Part shown: positions 32,239 through 47,540 of the stretch, in pieces
Position numbering within the stretch: the stretch's first letter is position 1
Layout: each line of letters opens with the position of its first letter
Source: the human T2T-CHM13v2.0 reference genome, Homo sapiens
Length of the DNA stretch: 64,000 nt
NCBI RefSeq assembly: GCF_009914755.1
Contig: NC_060944.1
Strand: one strand, 5' to 3'
Notes under the pieces: model-generated
What the model saw: the letters and a program-made list of their open reading frames with translations, nothing else
What the model was told of the DNA's origin: nothing
Database searches by the model: none
Made by a program: the position numbers and the translations under genes

Positions 32239-33263
32239 TAAATGGTGCATTTAGTGTTTTTCAAAATCTGTATTTAGAACTTTGTCTTGGTTCTCTTTTA
32301 TTTTTATTTTCTGATAGCTCTACATTCATTACTGTACAGTACCTGATACGTTTCTGCTCAATGCTTTGCAGCTTGTTTTTTCTCTTTTCAGGATCAACTT
32401 GTTCATTTGCTTATAAAATGATGAGCTTTACCTGAGGAATGCCAGAGAGGCAGATTGGACTCTCTGGGGCAAAATAATCTTAAGTTAAAAAAAAATTGAG
32501 GTGTTTTCATGTCCTATTTCTTTTGCCTTTATTTAAGCTATCTAAACAGTGGAATAAGACTATTCTATAATAACATCTTCAAACTCTAAGCTCCAAGGTA
32601 ATATGAACAAAAGTGACAACAATTCCCCTCAAGCATAACTGAAACTTATCTTTCTATCCCGCTCTCAGACAGTGGAATTCTTTAGGCTATAGTCTAAGGA
32701 AAGCTAACCAAGATAGCCTAATTAATAGGCTGAAGTCCTCTGAATTTAGCCTTTGCTAGATAATTGGAGAAAATATGTCAGGGAGTCAAAATCCTTGCCT
32801 TAGTTAACCATCTGCCTGCAAGCATTTTGGCCTTCTTATCAGGGTGGTAAATGACAGGTATGTCAGTACAGCAGAAAGCCTAGCCTTTAGAAGGAGCTGC
32901 AGCTAGACTCCCCTCAGTCCTGACGAAGAGCAGCCCTGTGAGTGACCTCAGTGTTCACCCCAATACTAGCTGACCTTACCACAGGCAGTCTTTAATAAGT
33001 CTCTGTTTTAATCTTCTGTTAGTCTGGTTTCAGTCACTAAGTAGGAGGAACAGCTATTTCAATGAGTAGGAGAGCTTGGCTTTGGGTACTCACCGAGTCT
33101 TCAGACTCCAGCATGATTAAGGACTCTGAGACATACCTAGGGCAATGAGCTTGGCCAATACATTCATTCTAGTAATAAAAGCTGATTTTTTTGCACAAGT
33201 TTAAAAAAAACAGTGATCCAGTGGAACAAAAATTGCCATCATGATATTTACAACAGAAATGAA

Positions 33264-33688
33264 TGTATTTGTTAAGGCAAACTGGTGTTGCAAACATCCC
33301 CAAATTGTAGTGGTTCTACATAATAAAGGTTTATCACCTGATTCACAGTCTAGTATGGGAAGTGGGAGTGGAGCTGTGTTCCACACAGTCATTTAGGGAC
33401 TCAGACACTTTTTGTCTGGTTGCTGCACCATCTCCTGGGTCATTGGTGTCCTGCCTGAGCCCCTGCATTCAGCCTGCAGACAATGGAAGGTCATATGGAG
33501 GACCTTGTGCATGATTTTTATGGACTGGATGTAGAAATAGTTATATCACTTTTACTCATACTCTTTAAACAGGACTCAGTCTCACAACCCCCTAAAATTA
33601 CAAGAGTGTTTGGGAAGTACTGTCTTGCTCATGTAGCCCAGGAATAAAACCAAATGGGCTTTGGTGAACAAACAGCAGACTAGCCACA
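33264..33688 (-). mobile_element. MLT1K/J-like MaLR LTR
   Basis: tgtatttgttaagg...ttccacacagtcatttagggactcag...ggtgaacaaacagcagactagccaca. Confidence 0.6.
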
Positions 33689-35099
33689 GTGGTCTTGAAA
33701 AATTCTATATATTGTGGTTCTATTTACTGATGGAGCTTAGTTGTCTTTTTTCCTATAATATATATATTTTTGGTATGATAAGAAGCATAGACAGTCCTAT
33801 TGCTCTCTAGAAGATTGTATTCCACTTTTTTCCCTCTTTTAGATTTCTGATCTTGGGTTCTATTCTTTTCTTCTTTAGTGGTGATTAGGTTTAGATGATC
33901 TCTGTCAGCCCGAGTACAAACTATGGGTCTCCTCCCCATCTGCCTCCCCAGGGTAGATGTGAGAAGTGCTACTGTGTTGTATTCCACATCTTGCCACTAT
34001 TCAGCCTGCTGTCTTTTTATTCTGACCCTTTGTGAAGTCAAAAGGCAAGGTTTTCTGCAGATTGAACTAGACCTGAGTGGAGAAGGGGGTGAACTTTCAG
34101 ATTCAATGAATTATAACACTTCTAATATAGAACCTCATCACCAGATTTGTGATGACAACACTAGCTGTGTATTTGACTTTACTTTTTACTTTCTAATTCC
34201 TTGGATTTGAGTAACCTAACCATTTCCTCAGTATTATCAGAAAAAAAAAAACAACACATTACTTTTCCTCCCACATTTAATTGAATCAAAATCAACTGTA
34301 TTAAGCAGTTACAGAGTCATTTATTAAGATAGGTGGGGATATACAAAAGAATAAGCCACCTCCTGCTTCTTCAAGAAACTGAGAGTAAGGTGGGAAACAG
34401 ACTTTTAGCATATAAGCATTCTGCTGTGTTTATGTAATAGCTATAAAACAGTTTATAAATATGACAATAAGGGTGCAAACCAGAATATGATGGGAACATA
34501 AAGAGACATTTATTTTGTCCAGTTGTAAATGGTTTCTTAAAAGAGAAAACATTTGAAATAGAAATTGAAAAATGGGAAAGACCTCGCTAGGCAGAAAAGG
34601 AGAGGGAATAGAAAGCCTGGGTAGAGGGTACCGTGCAAAGGACGTCATGGTGCCTTTAGAGAACAGCAAGGTCATGGGTGTGGCCAAATCAGAGGATGTG
34701 AAGGGAGAAAGTGTAGGAGGATATGAGAGTTGGGAGGATAAGTTGGAACAACATTTATGAAGGGTCTAAACACCTTAATTTGGAATTAGTGTTTTACAAT
34801 GTAAGATATGAAGAACAACAAACATGACTTTAATAGAGAAGCAGTAAGATCAGACTCACATTTTATAAAAATAAGTCTAGCAACAGAATTGACAATAGAT
34901 TAGAGAATTTTAAACTCTTATATTGAGTTTGTACATATAGGGGTATTACCTTTTTGTCTTTCAAAGACTTGCTTTTGAGCATAGAATTGATACAATTGAT
35001 ATTACCATTGCCCTTTTCTCCCACACGCTTTTTTTTCAAGTGCCACAAATATAGCTCTGAAATAATAGGAGATCATATTTTAATTGAAAGTGTGGTATG

Positions 35100-37045
35100 T
35101 AGTTCCATTGTTCTATAATGAAAGACTAACATGTATCAGATGACCTTCATACCAATAGTAACTAGGAATTCTTGACAAAATATAAGCAACAACAGAAATT
35201 GTTTATTGGCACTAGCAAGTAACTTAAAATAGGCTGAAATAAGAGAGATTCTATTTGTGACATAAGGAACCACACTGAGTGAGAGCCACATTTAAGAGAT
35301 CATGTGACTTGGACCCTGAGGGTCCTACTTAACTCATATGGTAAGTGGCTGAGAGGGCTGAAATAGAAAGCAATAGTTATTCACATGGGAAACCACAGGA
35401 CTGAATTCAGGATTGTCAGAATAGGAATTAAGGAGGAGATGCCAGAAAGGAGAGAGTCACAGATGAAGGAGCCCAAAATCTACAAATAAATCCCTCTTGA
35501 ATCCTTGGTTGAGTCTATGCATATGCAGAGAAAGACTCTAAGAAGCCTAGGAAGAAAATGAAAGCTAGAAGGTGTAAATAACTGAGTAAATAATTCAGCA
35601 GCTTCTTAACTGTATGTCTATAGAATTTGGAATTTTAGTTCTCCCCAAGTTAGAGGGGGCTTGGCTAACATCTTGGGTTTTCCGCTGAAACTCCAGAAGG
35701 GCTATGCGGTAGGAGTAAAGACTACATCCTGGCATTAAGGGATTTATCGTAGAACTTAAGAAAAAATTGAAATAGACCCACCTTAACGAAACGTCCATAT
35801 TACTTGGCAGTATTTTACCTGCCTGCTAGAACAAACTTCTAAGATAATAGAATCTTCTAAGATAATAGAAGATAATAGAATCTAAAGCCTCTACCATATA
35901 TTATACACAAGTTTCAATATGCCATCAGTAATTTACTAGACATGCAAAGAAATAAGAAAATGTATTCCAGAGTCAAATGAAAAATGAGTCAATACAGACA
36001 GACCCATAGCTGACCTAGATAATGGAATTGGCACATAGGGACATTAAAATAACTATGTCACATCTGTTAAGGAATTTACATGACTAGATAAAATAGAATG
36101 GATGAGGAGATGGGAAATTTCAGGAGTCATAGGAAAACAGTAAGAAGAAGAACCAAATGGAAATTTCAAGAATGAAAAAAATGAAATATTTGAAACTTTA
36201 AAAAGTGAAATGGAATTAATAACAGATTTATCACAACTCAGTAATAAAAAGACAACAAAAATTAGCAAAAGACATGAGCAGATACTTCCAAAAATAAGAT
36301 ATATGAATGGCCAGTATACATTTGGCAAGACATCTAGCATTATTAATTATCAGGGAAATGTGCATTGAATACTCCTTTATAGTCATTAGAATTACCAACA
36401 TTAAAAAGGCTGACGACAACAAGGGACTGCCAAAATTTGAACTCTCTTACATTGCTGGGGTTATGTGTAACATGGTAATCACTGGGGAAAACTGTTATGT
36501 TAGTTCTTTATAAAATAAATATGTACTTACCTAGTAATTTCACTCAATGATATTTGTCCAATGGAAATGAAAACGTATAGCTACAAGATGGTTTATACAA
36601 GTATGCAGATTGATTCATAATAGCTAAAAACTAGAAACAGTCTAATGTCTATTCACAGATGAATGGATAAAGAAATTACAGCATATTCAACAATGGAGTA
36701 TTACAAATAAAAAGGAAGAAGTCTAAATATATACAACACAGGTGAATCTCAGAAATATTTAATATGTGGAGTAAAAGAAGGCAGTCTCTCTATCTTTATA
36801 TAAAGTTTGAAGTTATATAGCAGGTAAAACAGTTCTGGTGATCAAAGTCAGAACAGGAACTCCCTCTGGGTGAGGGGAGGGGAAATTGAATGGAAAGGGC
36901 ACAAGGTAGCTTTTTGGGTTCAGGGAAAGGTTTTGTATCTTTATTAGCATCATGGTTACATAAATGCACACAGTTGTTAAAAGTTGTCAAAACTGCACAC
37001 TTAAAATCTGTACATTTGATTGTGTGTACATTATAAGTCATAAAT
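35100..37045 (+). mobile_element. Ancient L1M (L1MC-ME-like) fragments
   Basis: Degenerate ORF2-end peptide (ASIHLARHLALLIIREM) and 3' end gatgaatggataaagaaat...cttaaaatctgtacatttgattgtgtgtacattata. Confidence 0.65.
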
Positions 37046-37676
37046 AGAATGGATGGGAATTTAAAAATAATGTAATAGAGTGCTTCGATATGCCACATGC
37101 AGGAATTGAGAAGACAGTGATTAATAATGGTTAAGAGCATGGTTGCAATATCAGATAAATCTGGGGTTTTGAATCACGTCGTGAGTACTTTGTGAATGTA
37201 AGCAAGTTACTAACCTAAGATCCTAGGAAATGGAGATGATAAAATTAATATTTACCTTATAAGGTTGTCCTTAGTGCAGTGCCCAGCACATTGATGCATT
37301 TGGTACATTTAAGCTGTAGTTATTATTATTAAATAGCTCTTCAGCTAGACTTTCACTGCCCGAATGCAGTCAGGAATACTGGGATAACCATGAAAATTTT
37401 GAGAATTAGATATCTGCAAACTGCATTAAGGAGCAATCTAAATAATGCAGGTAATATTTGACAGCATATGATTAAGTATACTAGGAAATCCTATTTTCAT
37501 TATCTATTTGAAAGCAACTAATTACCTCTTTGCCAAGAAAACGTTTACTTTAAAATACTTTTCTTAAAGCTCTTGTAAAAAATTTTCATATATAGAGAAA
37601 TTAGGACTTAATTTTTCCCTTATACAGTAATCTCACCCTCTGTTTCCCATCTCATAATAATATCACCAACTGCTGC

Positions 37677-37811
37677 ATATATTTTCAGTACATATATATA
37701 TGTGTGTGTGCTGAATATATATATACACATTACATATATATATTACATTACATATATATATCCATATATATGTATATTCAGTACATATATATATGTACGT
37801 GTGTGTATATA
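37677..37811. repeat. (TA)n/(CA)n compound low-complexity tract within an old antisense L1 relic
   Basis: Direct reading; includes the palindrome gtacatatatatatgtac. Confidence 0.85.
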
Positions 37812-38123
37812 ATGTTGTAAACAAAATGGTAACCATACTATATGTACTTTTCTAAACCTGGCATTTTCACTGAGAAATCTTTTCATTTGAAGGACTCTGT
37901 TTACCTATAGCTGGTCTATTCATTTTAAGTGGTGTATTACAGTCTATGGCATTGATGGGCTTTTATTTATTTAACCAGCTCCTGTTGATGGACATCTGAG
38001 TAGATCCAAGTTTTCACTATTGTAAACAACTGTGACATCCTTGTATACGTATTTTTTGCACTTGTGTTAATAATTTCATGTAATAAATTTAAAAAGTAAA
38101 AATGCTAATTGAAAGAATTTTAA

Positions 38124-38467
<344 letters not shown>

Positions 38468-39694
38468 TTTATTTCTTCTTTTTAAATAAAGAAGAATTAT
38501 TTCAAAATTTACACAAAATTTGATTTAGAGTACTTAAGATAACTACCACCAAAGGGACACATAACACTGTACTAGACACTATGCTGAATGCCTTCCATGC
38601 ACAAAATTATTCAAATTTTATGCACAACTTTGTAACTGTGTGAGATACTACCATTATTGACAAGGACTTGTAAGAAAACCAGTGCTTGGAGCATGCCATA
38701 TCTGGTAAATGTTTAAGTCTGGATTTCAACCTAGATTTTGCAAAACATGCAGTGTAGCGTAGTCTGGAGTGAATTTATTTTTTTGTGAGTGTCTTTGAGG
38801 TTGAGGATCATTGTCAAACTTTGGTGATATGCAAGTGGTGAAGTAATAAAGCCCAGATAATGTTGTTTCCCTGGAACACTTGTGAGGCCAAAAGTGATGC
38901 CTCCCTGCCATGCAGTGGCAGCAGAAGTCAACCTGGACATTAGACAAGTTATACTTCCCTTAGTGCCAATAGCCTGTCCCATATCCAGCTTCGTCTTAAA
39001 TAATAATAATGATAATGATAATAAAGATCAAGGATCAATTACATGGTGTTATGGACTGTGGAGAGGAGAAGTCTTCAGACCTCTAATATTCTATCTATTT
39101 TCACATTCCAGTTACTACTACTCTCTCTTTTCCTTTATTTTATAATCTTGCTTTTTTTTTCTATCCAAGGGGCCCATTCAATAATAACTAAAGCCCCAAA
39201 TCCTCAATTTCCTAATTTATGTGTCTGTGATCTTTTAGTCTTCTACCCTTCTACCTGTGCACTCACACACAGAGAACTTTAATTTCCAGCGACATCAAAT
39301 TTGTGCTCTCAAAAGGTAATTTGTGATGCCTGGATGTCAAAGGCGCCCAGATGTAAAGCTAGAGAGCTGATGAGACCTGAGGCTGGTCACGGGCACAAAG
39401 CCTGCCCTTCTGGCAGAGTCGGAGCAGCACTGAAGTTCTGCTTCAGGCCGTGCCAAGTGAGAGTAAGGGGTGGTCTTATGGGTGTTAAGCAAGACCTAAT
39501 CTACCCTTGCGCAGCACCCAGTCAGACACCCTGCAGAAACACAATCATGTGTGTGTCATTCTGTTGTGGGGAGAAGTTGCTCAAAGGTTTGGTTTTGATT
39601 TTGGTAGCTTTAATTCTACTCCTTCAGTTTTGAGGTGAGCACAAATGTTTCAGAGTACCTTTCTAGGTTTCTTACTGACTTTTTTCTTCTCTAA

Positions 39695-39900
39695 CCTGTG
39701 GTGTGTTAGAGGCAACATGTACCAGCTCGGGAAAGAGAGACAATTGTGAGCATTTCTTCTCAACCCTGTGTTCAGTGACATCAAGTTAATAGCTTAAAAT
39801 TGGATATGGGGAAAGGAATTATACCACTGAAATGGAAAAATGCTACATATCAAGGATTCTCCCACCCCAGAGAACCTGTTGTTTAACTAGCACACAACTT
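39695..39900. mobile_element. MER63A (hAT-Blackjack)
   Basis: gtggtgtgttagag...gttcagtgacatcaagttaatagcttaaaattgg...ctagcacacaact, with terminal inverted repeats. Confidence 0.7.
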
Positions 39901-40129
39901 CTATAACCCTTCTACTTCTGTTCACCACATAACCTCACCCCCCCTCCGGCCCCCGCCAACACACACACAAACAAGCTAGTGTTTGAAACATTGGACACCC
40001 TGGGTTTTCTTCCACGGGCTATGGTTATTTACAGGAAGAACAAATTGAGTTCTCTTCCTCTTCCCATCTTGAGCTTTATATTTATTTCCAAATGCCAAAT
40101 ATAAGCTAACTTTCTTCTTTCTCCCTTAG

Positions 40130-40246
40130 TGGATGGCTGTATTCATAGAGCAGCCGGCCCCTGTTTGCTAGCTGAATGTCGTAACCTGAATGGCTGTGAT
40201 ACTGGACATGCAAAAATCACATGTGGCTATGACCTTCCTGCAAAAT
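40130..40246 (+). CDS. MACROD2: Internal coding exon (117 bp, phase 1-1; recalled as exon 5) of mono-ADP-ribosylhydrolase MACROD2
   Basis: Branch point gctaac 40105-40110, pyrimidine tract tttcttctttctccct and AG at 40128-40129; donor AAT|gtgagt at 40247. Translation [38 protein letters not shown] matches the remembered MACROD2 macrodomain (MACROD1 has GPLLTDECRTLQSC at this position). Confidence 0.97.
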
Positions 40247-41382
40247 GTGAGTACAACTGAATACTGTTTCAAAACCAGATGAGACATCTTAACTTGTTTT
40301 ACTCCAGTGTATAACTGGAAAAGGAAATGGCAGTGGTGGTATTTAATTAAATGTGCTTGAGTTCAGATTTTGTACATGGTAATAAAAACGTGCTTTCCAA
40401 GTATGTCTCCAAATATATACATATATATAAAATATACATATACTGTGTATATTATATATATATATATGTATATACACACATATGATGTTTAACTATTCAG
40501 GTCTTTGACAGAGTGTCTCTGAAAGGGAAATAAAAACATGAGCAAAATATACATTATAGCATTTAAGTGCCACAGAGTGACAGCTCCTGGAAATGATGCC
40601 AATTTCTTATTCCTTGTTCAGGTTTCTTGATTGTGGATGTGTTTAGAGCAAAGGAGATCAAAGTGATGTATTGTTTTTCCAGCTGCCATGTAAAGGCTGA
40701 TTGGCAATTACAGCCAAGGCATCTGTCACACTTTGCTTTCAGGAAAAGCCAACGAAATCTGGTTGTCAGTGTGAGAATGTGTTTGCTCTTTGAATGCGGA
40801 ATGGTCAAAATTTCCGTTATATTTTAATAGAGAGAAGTATTGCATTTGATTGACCTTATTGCTTAGTGATTCAACCAACTGGGTGGCATGGTATGGGATA
40901 AAATACTTAGAGAGAAGCTGGTCAGTGTCATAGCTTTTTTATCCTGTAATCTTCAGGGCCTGAGGTTGGAGGTAGAGGGTTTCATTGCATCATTAAGGTG
41001 TGTATTGACCTGGAAATTGAGACACCAATTTGTTGATTATCACATTCGTCCACTTCTTATGATACTGCTGAGATCTGTGGAATACATTTTATGTAAAAGT
41101 GAAGCTGGTTTTGATTTTTGTTTTAGCAGTGGAGAAAATATGAATGAAAATTTATAATACAACCTATAGGATACTATGGGTTATATATAGACAGGTTGTC
41201 ATAACAGTGAATTTCTTGTGGATGTGTGTGAATGGAGAATAGCGTGTTATATTTTAAAGATTACTGTAAAGGTATGTTTAAATTTGAGGACTTGTAGCAA
41301 ATAGTAATATATTAAAACAGTATTTTTCTTTATCAATATAATATTGCATCCTATATTGTTCATAATGGTTTCAGTGAAAGTA

Positions 41383-42078
41383 CTTTCATGTACTGCATAG
41401 CGATGCTTTGGTCAATGATGGAACACATATATGGCGGTGGTCCTATAAGATTATAATACAGATTGAGTATTCCTTACCCAAAATGCTTGAGACCAGACAT
41501 GATTTGGATTTCAGATCTTTTTTTCAGATTTTGAAATATTTGCATATACAAAATGAAGTAATTTGGAGATGGGGCCCAAGTCTAAGCACAAAATTCATTT
41601 ATGTTTTATATGCACCTTATACACATAACATGAGTGTGATATTATACAATATTTTAAATAATTTTGTGCATGAAACAAAGTTTTGATTGTGTTTTGACTG
41701 GCCTGTCACATGAGATAAAGTGTGGAATTTTCCACTTGTGGCATCATGTTGGCACACAAAGTTTTAGATTTTGGAGCATTTTGAATTTCAAAACTTGGAT
41801 TAGGGATTCAACCTGTACTATATTTTTACTGTACGTTTTCTATGTTTAGCTATGTTTACATACTTACCATTGTGTTACAATTATTTGCAGTATTCAGTAC
41901 AGTAACATGCTGTACAGGTTTGTAGCCTGGGAGCAATAGGCTATAGCCTATAGTCTAGGTGTGTAGTAGGCTATACCATCTCGGTTTGTGTAAGTATACC
42001 CTATGATTACATAACGATGAAATCACCTAAGGAGTCACTTCTCAGACCATATTCCTGTTGGTAAGTGAAGCATGATTG
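41383..42078. mobile_element. Tigger3a/MER7A-like element interrupted by Tigger4b
   Basis: ggtggtcctataagattataata ... tgtacaggtttgtagcctgggagcaataggctata ... taagtgaagcatgattg|ta. Confidence 0.8.
41459..41815. mobile_element. Tigger4b/MER46-like element
   Basis: TIRs cagattgagtattcct / agggattcaacctg, with TA duplicated on both sides. Confidence 0.8.
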
Positions 42079-44279
42079 TATATCAACTATATATGCTGTT
42101 TAATTTTTCCTTTAATGATTTTTCATTTATTTTTCTTTGTTAGTATCTTTACCTAGTGTGAAATAGTCAAATCATGTGCCAAATGGCTCTTCACTACTAC
42201 TTGGAATATGTACTTGTGTCAAACAAACCCTTTGTGTAGAATGGTGTTTAGAGCAGTTCTCTTTGTAACTCAGAGGTCATGATCTGGGTATTAACGGTGA
42301 TTTCTCTCTCCAGAATCATATAGTGCTATTTTTACAAATATTGGTTCTTTTGCTTTCTAATACCATTCTACCTTCATAATTTACCTAACTTACACTGCCC
42401 TGAGAACAAGCAAGGTTGTTGACTGCTACAATAATAGCAAGATTATTGACTGTTTTCAGACTTGTATCTGTCCTTAAACCAAGTAATATTCCCAGTCCCC
42501 TATTGATTCACTGTTTTCTTTTTTATGTATTAAAATACAAATCAAATTTCTCCAAATCTGAACTTTCTAAAGAACAGTATACTCAGAATCATTAAATACG
42601 CCCAAATAAAATGGTGGCTGTAGTGTATGGGTTCACACTGTGATAATTTTTTAAATGTGCTTGTATCTGTTTGACATCCCTTTGAATAAGTTATTCAGTT
42701 TCCTTTGAATACAATTCATCTTATTTTAGGGTTATTGAAGACTTGCACAATACCAGGCACTGAGGAACAAAGATCAGTGAGTCAATACCAGTGCTTGAAG
42801 AATTCCAATGCTTGAGTCATAACTTCGAACTGAAGTGTGGCTTTCATGGGCATCCTGGGGCAAATGGATCTTTTGGGACAATGAAGCTAGAAATGACCAG
42901 TCAATCAATGGGACTAGCTACAGAATCCATGAGAGCTGAGATCCTGAGAGCCGACAGATACTCAAGTCACTGCATGCAGCCCACAGGGCATGTTTAGTAA
43001 AAACTCATCCAATAGAATAGAAATTACCAGACAGGCATTGCAGTGCCACCTCATAAAAGTCATAAACATGGAATATTTGTGACTAGGTCTTGCTTCTTCC
43101 TATATATTTAAAAGGTTAATGATTTATATTAAAAGCATAAAGGAAAGCAAGGAAAGCAATATGAAAATGGTAATAATAGCTTACATTTTTATGCCACTTT
43201 ATAATATTTCACAGTACTTTCACAAGCCCTTATATTTAAAATTATGTTTGATAAACATTGTGTGTGTTCATTTTCCCTTTCCCTATCCCTGAGAGATGTT
43301 TTTCTTTCTCATCAATTTGGTTCATCCATTTCAGAGTCATTAACAATCCACAGATGTGCTTTTGTAGTGAGAATGAAAAGGGAGCTCGTTACATACTGTT
43401 TGGGTCATTTTTCCTCTCCATATTTAATAATTCCATGACAGTTTGACAGCAGAGACTAGTTGCTATCTGTCCTCTGAGACAGCGGGTTTATCATTATAGG
43501 GGTACTAAAGCCAGTCATCCAGCCACAAGTGATAATATCTTCATGCATCAGCAATTTGTTTGGAAAATGCTATTGTCTGGGTTACAGACAAACTTCATAG
43601 TTTTGAACTGGTTTTTGCCTCTTTTATGCTTGCTAAATTAATCTATTCATAAATGGTTGTATTTGAATTAATTATACTTGTATTCTGTGTTCTGTGACTC
43701 ATCATAATTAGTAGAATGATAAGCCCCAGATATTTAGTTTACTTTTCACTGCTTGGATGTTTTGAATGATTTCTTTTTGACATTAAGAATATCCAATCAT
43801 TCTTTTCAAAAGAAATCTTAAGGGTAGAAAGAATATTGGTCAATATTTCATTGAAGGCTATTGCTAAGGAAATGACTTAGAAAGTAGATGGAGGATTGTT
43901 TATGTAATTGGATCTTTTGGGAATCTTCTCTACAATATTAGATATTTTTGAATTCATAATGCAATTTAAATTTTTATAGATTTTTAGAAGCTTGTTGACA
44001 TATGGGACATTTCTATTCATGCTATCATCATTCCGCCAAGTAGTCAGCTTCACATAGGCAAGATTTGTCTATCTCAGTCAGTTCCAATGTCAGTATCAAT
44101 CATAGTGTCTCCTAAATATGTGCTGAATTAATGTGAATAAATGAAGGATCAGACGAGTGAATTATTTCAAGACTTCTTCACCTGAAAAATAGTTTTTAAA
44201 AACACTTTTGCCTCTACTTCTAATACTTTTCCTTCCGCAATTATTCTGCACATTTCTAGTAAATTAACATTCTTAAATC

Positions 44280-44750
44280 CAGAGTCCTTAAAATTGTCTA
44301 CAATGCTCTACATGATGTGACCTTTACTTCTCTACATCATCTCCTTCTGTGCTTCCCCCACTCACACAGGCTGCTTTGTGTGAACCTGGTCCTCAAAGCC
44401 TTTGCACTGGCATTCCTTCTGCTGGATTTCTATTCTTCTAGATACCTACATGGCTTGTTCCTTACCTACCTCAAACTCTTGTTCAAATGTAACATCAGGT
44501 GTCACCCTAACCAACCTATTTATAATTGCTTCAGTTTTTAAATTTGTAATTGCTTACTTGTAAAGTTAATCTTCAAATAGCATTATATCATTTACTTATT
44601 TCTTTTGTTTCTTATCTGTTTCTATCTACCAGAATATGGGCACAGATTCTTCTTTCTTCATTTTTCTAATGTATTGCTATATTCATATAGCTTAAAAAAT
44701 GTGTGATATATAATAGGGGTTCAAAAGATATTTGATGAATGAATGAATAA
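44280..44750 (+). mobile_element. L2 3' end
   Basis: gcctttgcactggcattccttctgctgga...atatttgatgaatgaatgaa tail. Confidence 0.65.
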
Positions 44751-45998
44751 AACGTAACTCTAATCCTCTCAAAATCCGATAGTGGATTTTTCCTTAAACA
44801 CAGACTCATTAGCCTGATTACCTTTGGCCTTCCACTGAACTACTTACAACCTTTTGTATGATATGAATTGCTCACAATGGTGTGTCTATGCATGGGGTCT
44901 GTATCTGAGCTATCTAGAAAGCTCTTTCTTTGCTCCTTTCACTTGTCTTCCAGACTCAGTTCAAATATCACTTCTGCCATGAAACAAGTCTTCTCGCCTC
45001 ACCTCAGCTAAAAATGCCTTCTTTTTTCTTCACACTCCAGAATACTTCATGTTAACATACTGAGGGCACTTGTCACGTGCTACCTTTTATTGTTGGATAT
45101 GCAAACTTCCCACTTTTATAACAGAGTACCTTGTATATCACAGGTACTAGAGAAATATCTAACAAATGAATTAGTTATTGAAAGTGTCAAACCTGGTTGA
45201 TAATTGGTAGTAGGTGGAATATAAAGGAAAAATTATGCTAATATTCATAAGAAATTATGAAATCAGTGTCAATTATCCATTGTGTTTTTAAAAAACATTT
45301 TAACATATATATACTACAAAGTCTCCTGTCTCCAAAATTTACTCTTAATGGAGTTTCTCCTAAGGAGAAAAAAAAAATAAAAATAAAGAAACCATATCAC
45401 CCTTATTTGATGGTTTTCAGCATAGCTCACATGTCTATTTTATTTCTTTAGAATGCTTCTCTCTTAGGCTTCAGGGCTGAATAGTCATCAAGGATAAATG
45501 GAAAAATATTAAACTTGTGTAAATGAAATGGTGGAATCTGTTTCTTTTATTATTTCTTCTATTTAATCTTTGGAAGGCATCAAGGGGTAATATTGACTAA
45601 CTCAAGGTTTTCATTAATCATTTGAAGGGAAACTCTAAGGTGAGAGACCATAGCATAATATGTTTGAATGAGTGGTATGAATCAGAATACACATTCTATT
45701 CCCAGGTGCAATAATAATCAGATGATAGTAGCTTAAAATGTACTGTTGATAATAATTAGTACTTCTTTTCTGCCCTTTATCAAGAAATCATAGTACTTTG
45801 AAACAGTAGCTCATCAGTCCTTTTGAAATTCCTATGAGGAGGTGACATGACAAGTAAAGTTTTCTTACAACACAAAGAGAAATACAGGTACAGGGAAAAT
45901 AAATCTGTTGCTCCCATTAACAAACTAAATCCATATTAGAGGCATCGTGGTGGCCAAGGATCCCTGAGCTGGGAAAGGAGTCTCTGTTAGGTGTTAGC

Positions 45999-46507
<509 letters not shown>

Positions 46508-47380
46508 AATCTTCCCTTTTTATAAAGTAAGAAAGGTGAGATTCAGAGAGACTAAATATTGAATTTTATTAAATGAATTACTACTTATTCAGATCAAAGT
46601 TGATAAAGTTGAGACTAAAATACCTACCCTCTATTCCTTGGGACATCCTTGCTTCTGTTGCCTCAAGAGAACATTACCTTGGGAAGATGATCTGAAACCT
46701 TTCAAATCTTTCAAATAATAAGGCCACCTTGAAAAGAATGCCTAGAAAAATATGGTGATTTTTCCCAATAGGGCCAGATCTGGGAAGTGAGTAAGTCGAG
46801 TCTCTCAAGGGAGAGTCAGTTTAAACCACCAGAGTATTAGGAAGCAAATCTTTGTTCCTTGTTTCCTCCAGTGGTGTTAGCTGCAAAGGAGCCTGCAGTC
46901 CACAGGAAATGCAGTTTCTAGAGCAGGTAATTCATAAGATGGTTCTGAGTTAGTCCTTTGCAAAGGGTGACCTGATTTCAGCCATCGTGGACTCTCCCAG
47001 CAGGTGTCTGATTGTGAAAGCAGTGGAGTGGACATGCTGCTAGGAGTATGACTCTGCCAGCCTTTGATGAAGACCTGAGGGCCCTCATGAGCCCCTTCCA
47101 TAATCAAATGACTTATATTACACAAAGAGAAAAGCCGCTTTTGAAGATCATAAAATCATCTTCCTTTCTGAAGAGGAAGATGGGATTGTTCCTCCTAAAA
47201 TCAACTCGGATTGGCTCATTTTCTTTAAGTGCTTAAGGAATTCAGGTTTTATTTGAATCTATTTCTCCATAATTGTCACCCTTTTCATTTACATTAAGCA
47301 GTTTCATACATTTAATCTCCTTAGTGATCCTCATGATGAATGTGGAAATAAGAAGGGCAGAAATATTCTAAAAACCAGAG

Positions 47381-47540
47381 CAGTGGTTCTCAAAACGTGG
47401 TTCCTGGAGCAGCAGCATCACCTGGGAATTTGTTTGATACAAATTCTCAGGCCCCACCCCACACCTACTGATTCAGAAACCCTGTGGTTTAACAAGTTCT
47501 CCAAGTAACTCTATTGCGTGCTCAAGTGTGAGGGCCATTG
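47381..47540. mobile_element. MER5A/MER5A1
   Basis: cagtggttctcaaa...cagcatcacctgggaa...ctcaggccccaccccacacctactgattcagaaac...gagggccattg. Confidence 0.85.
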
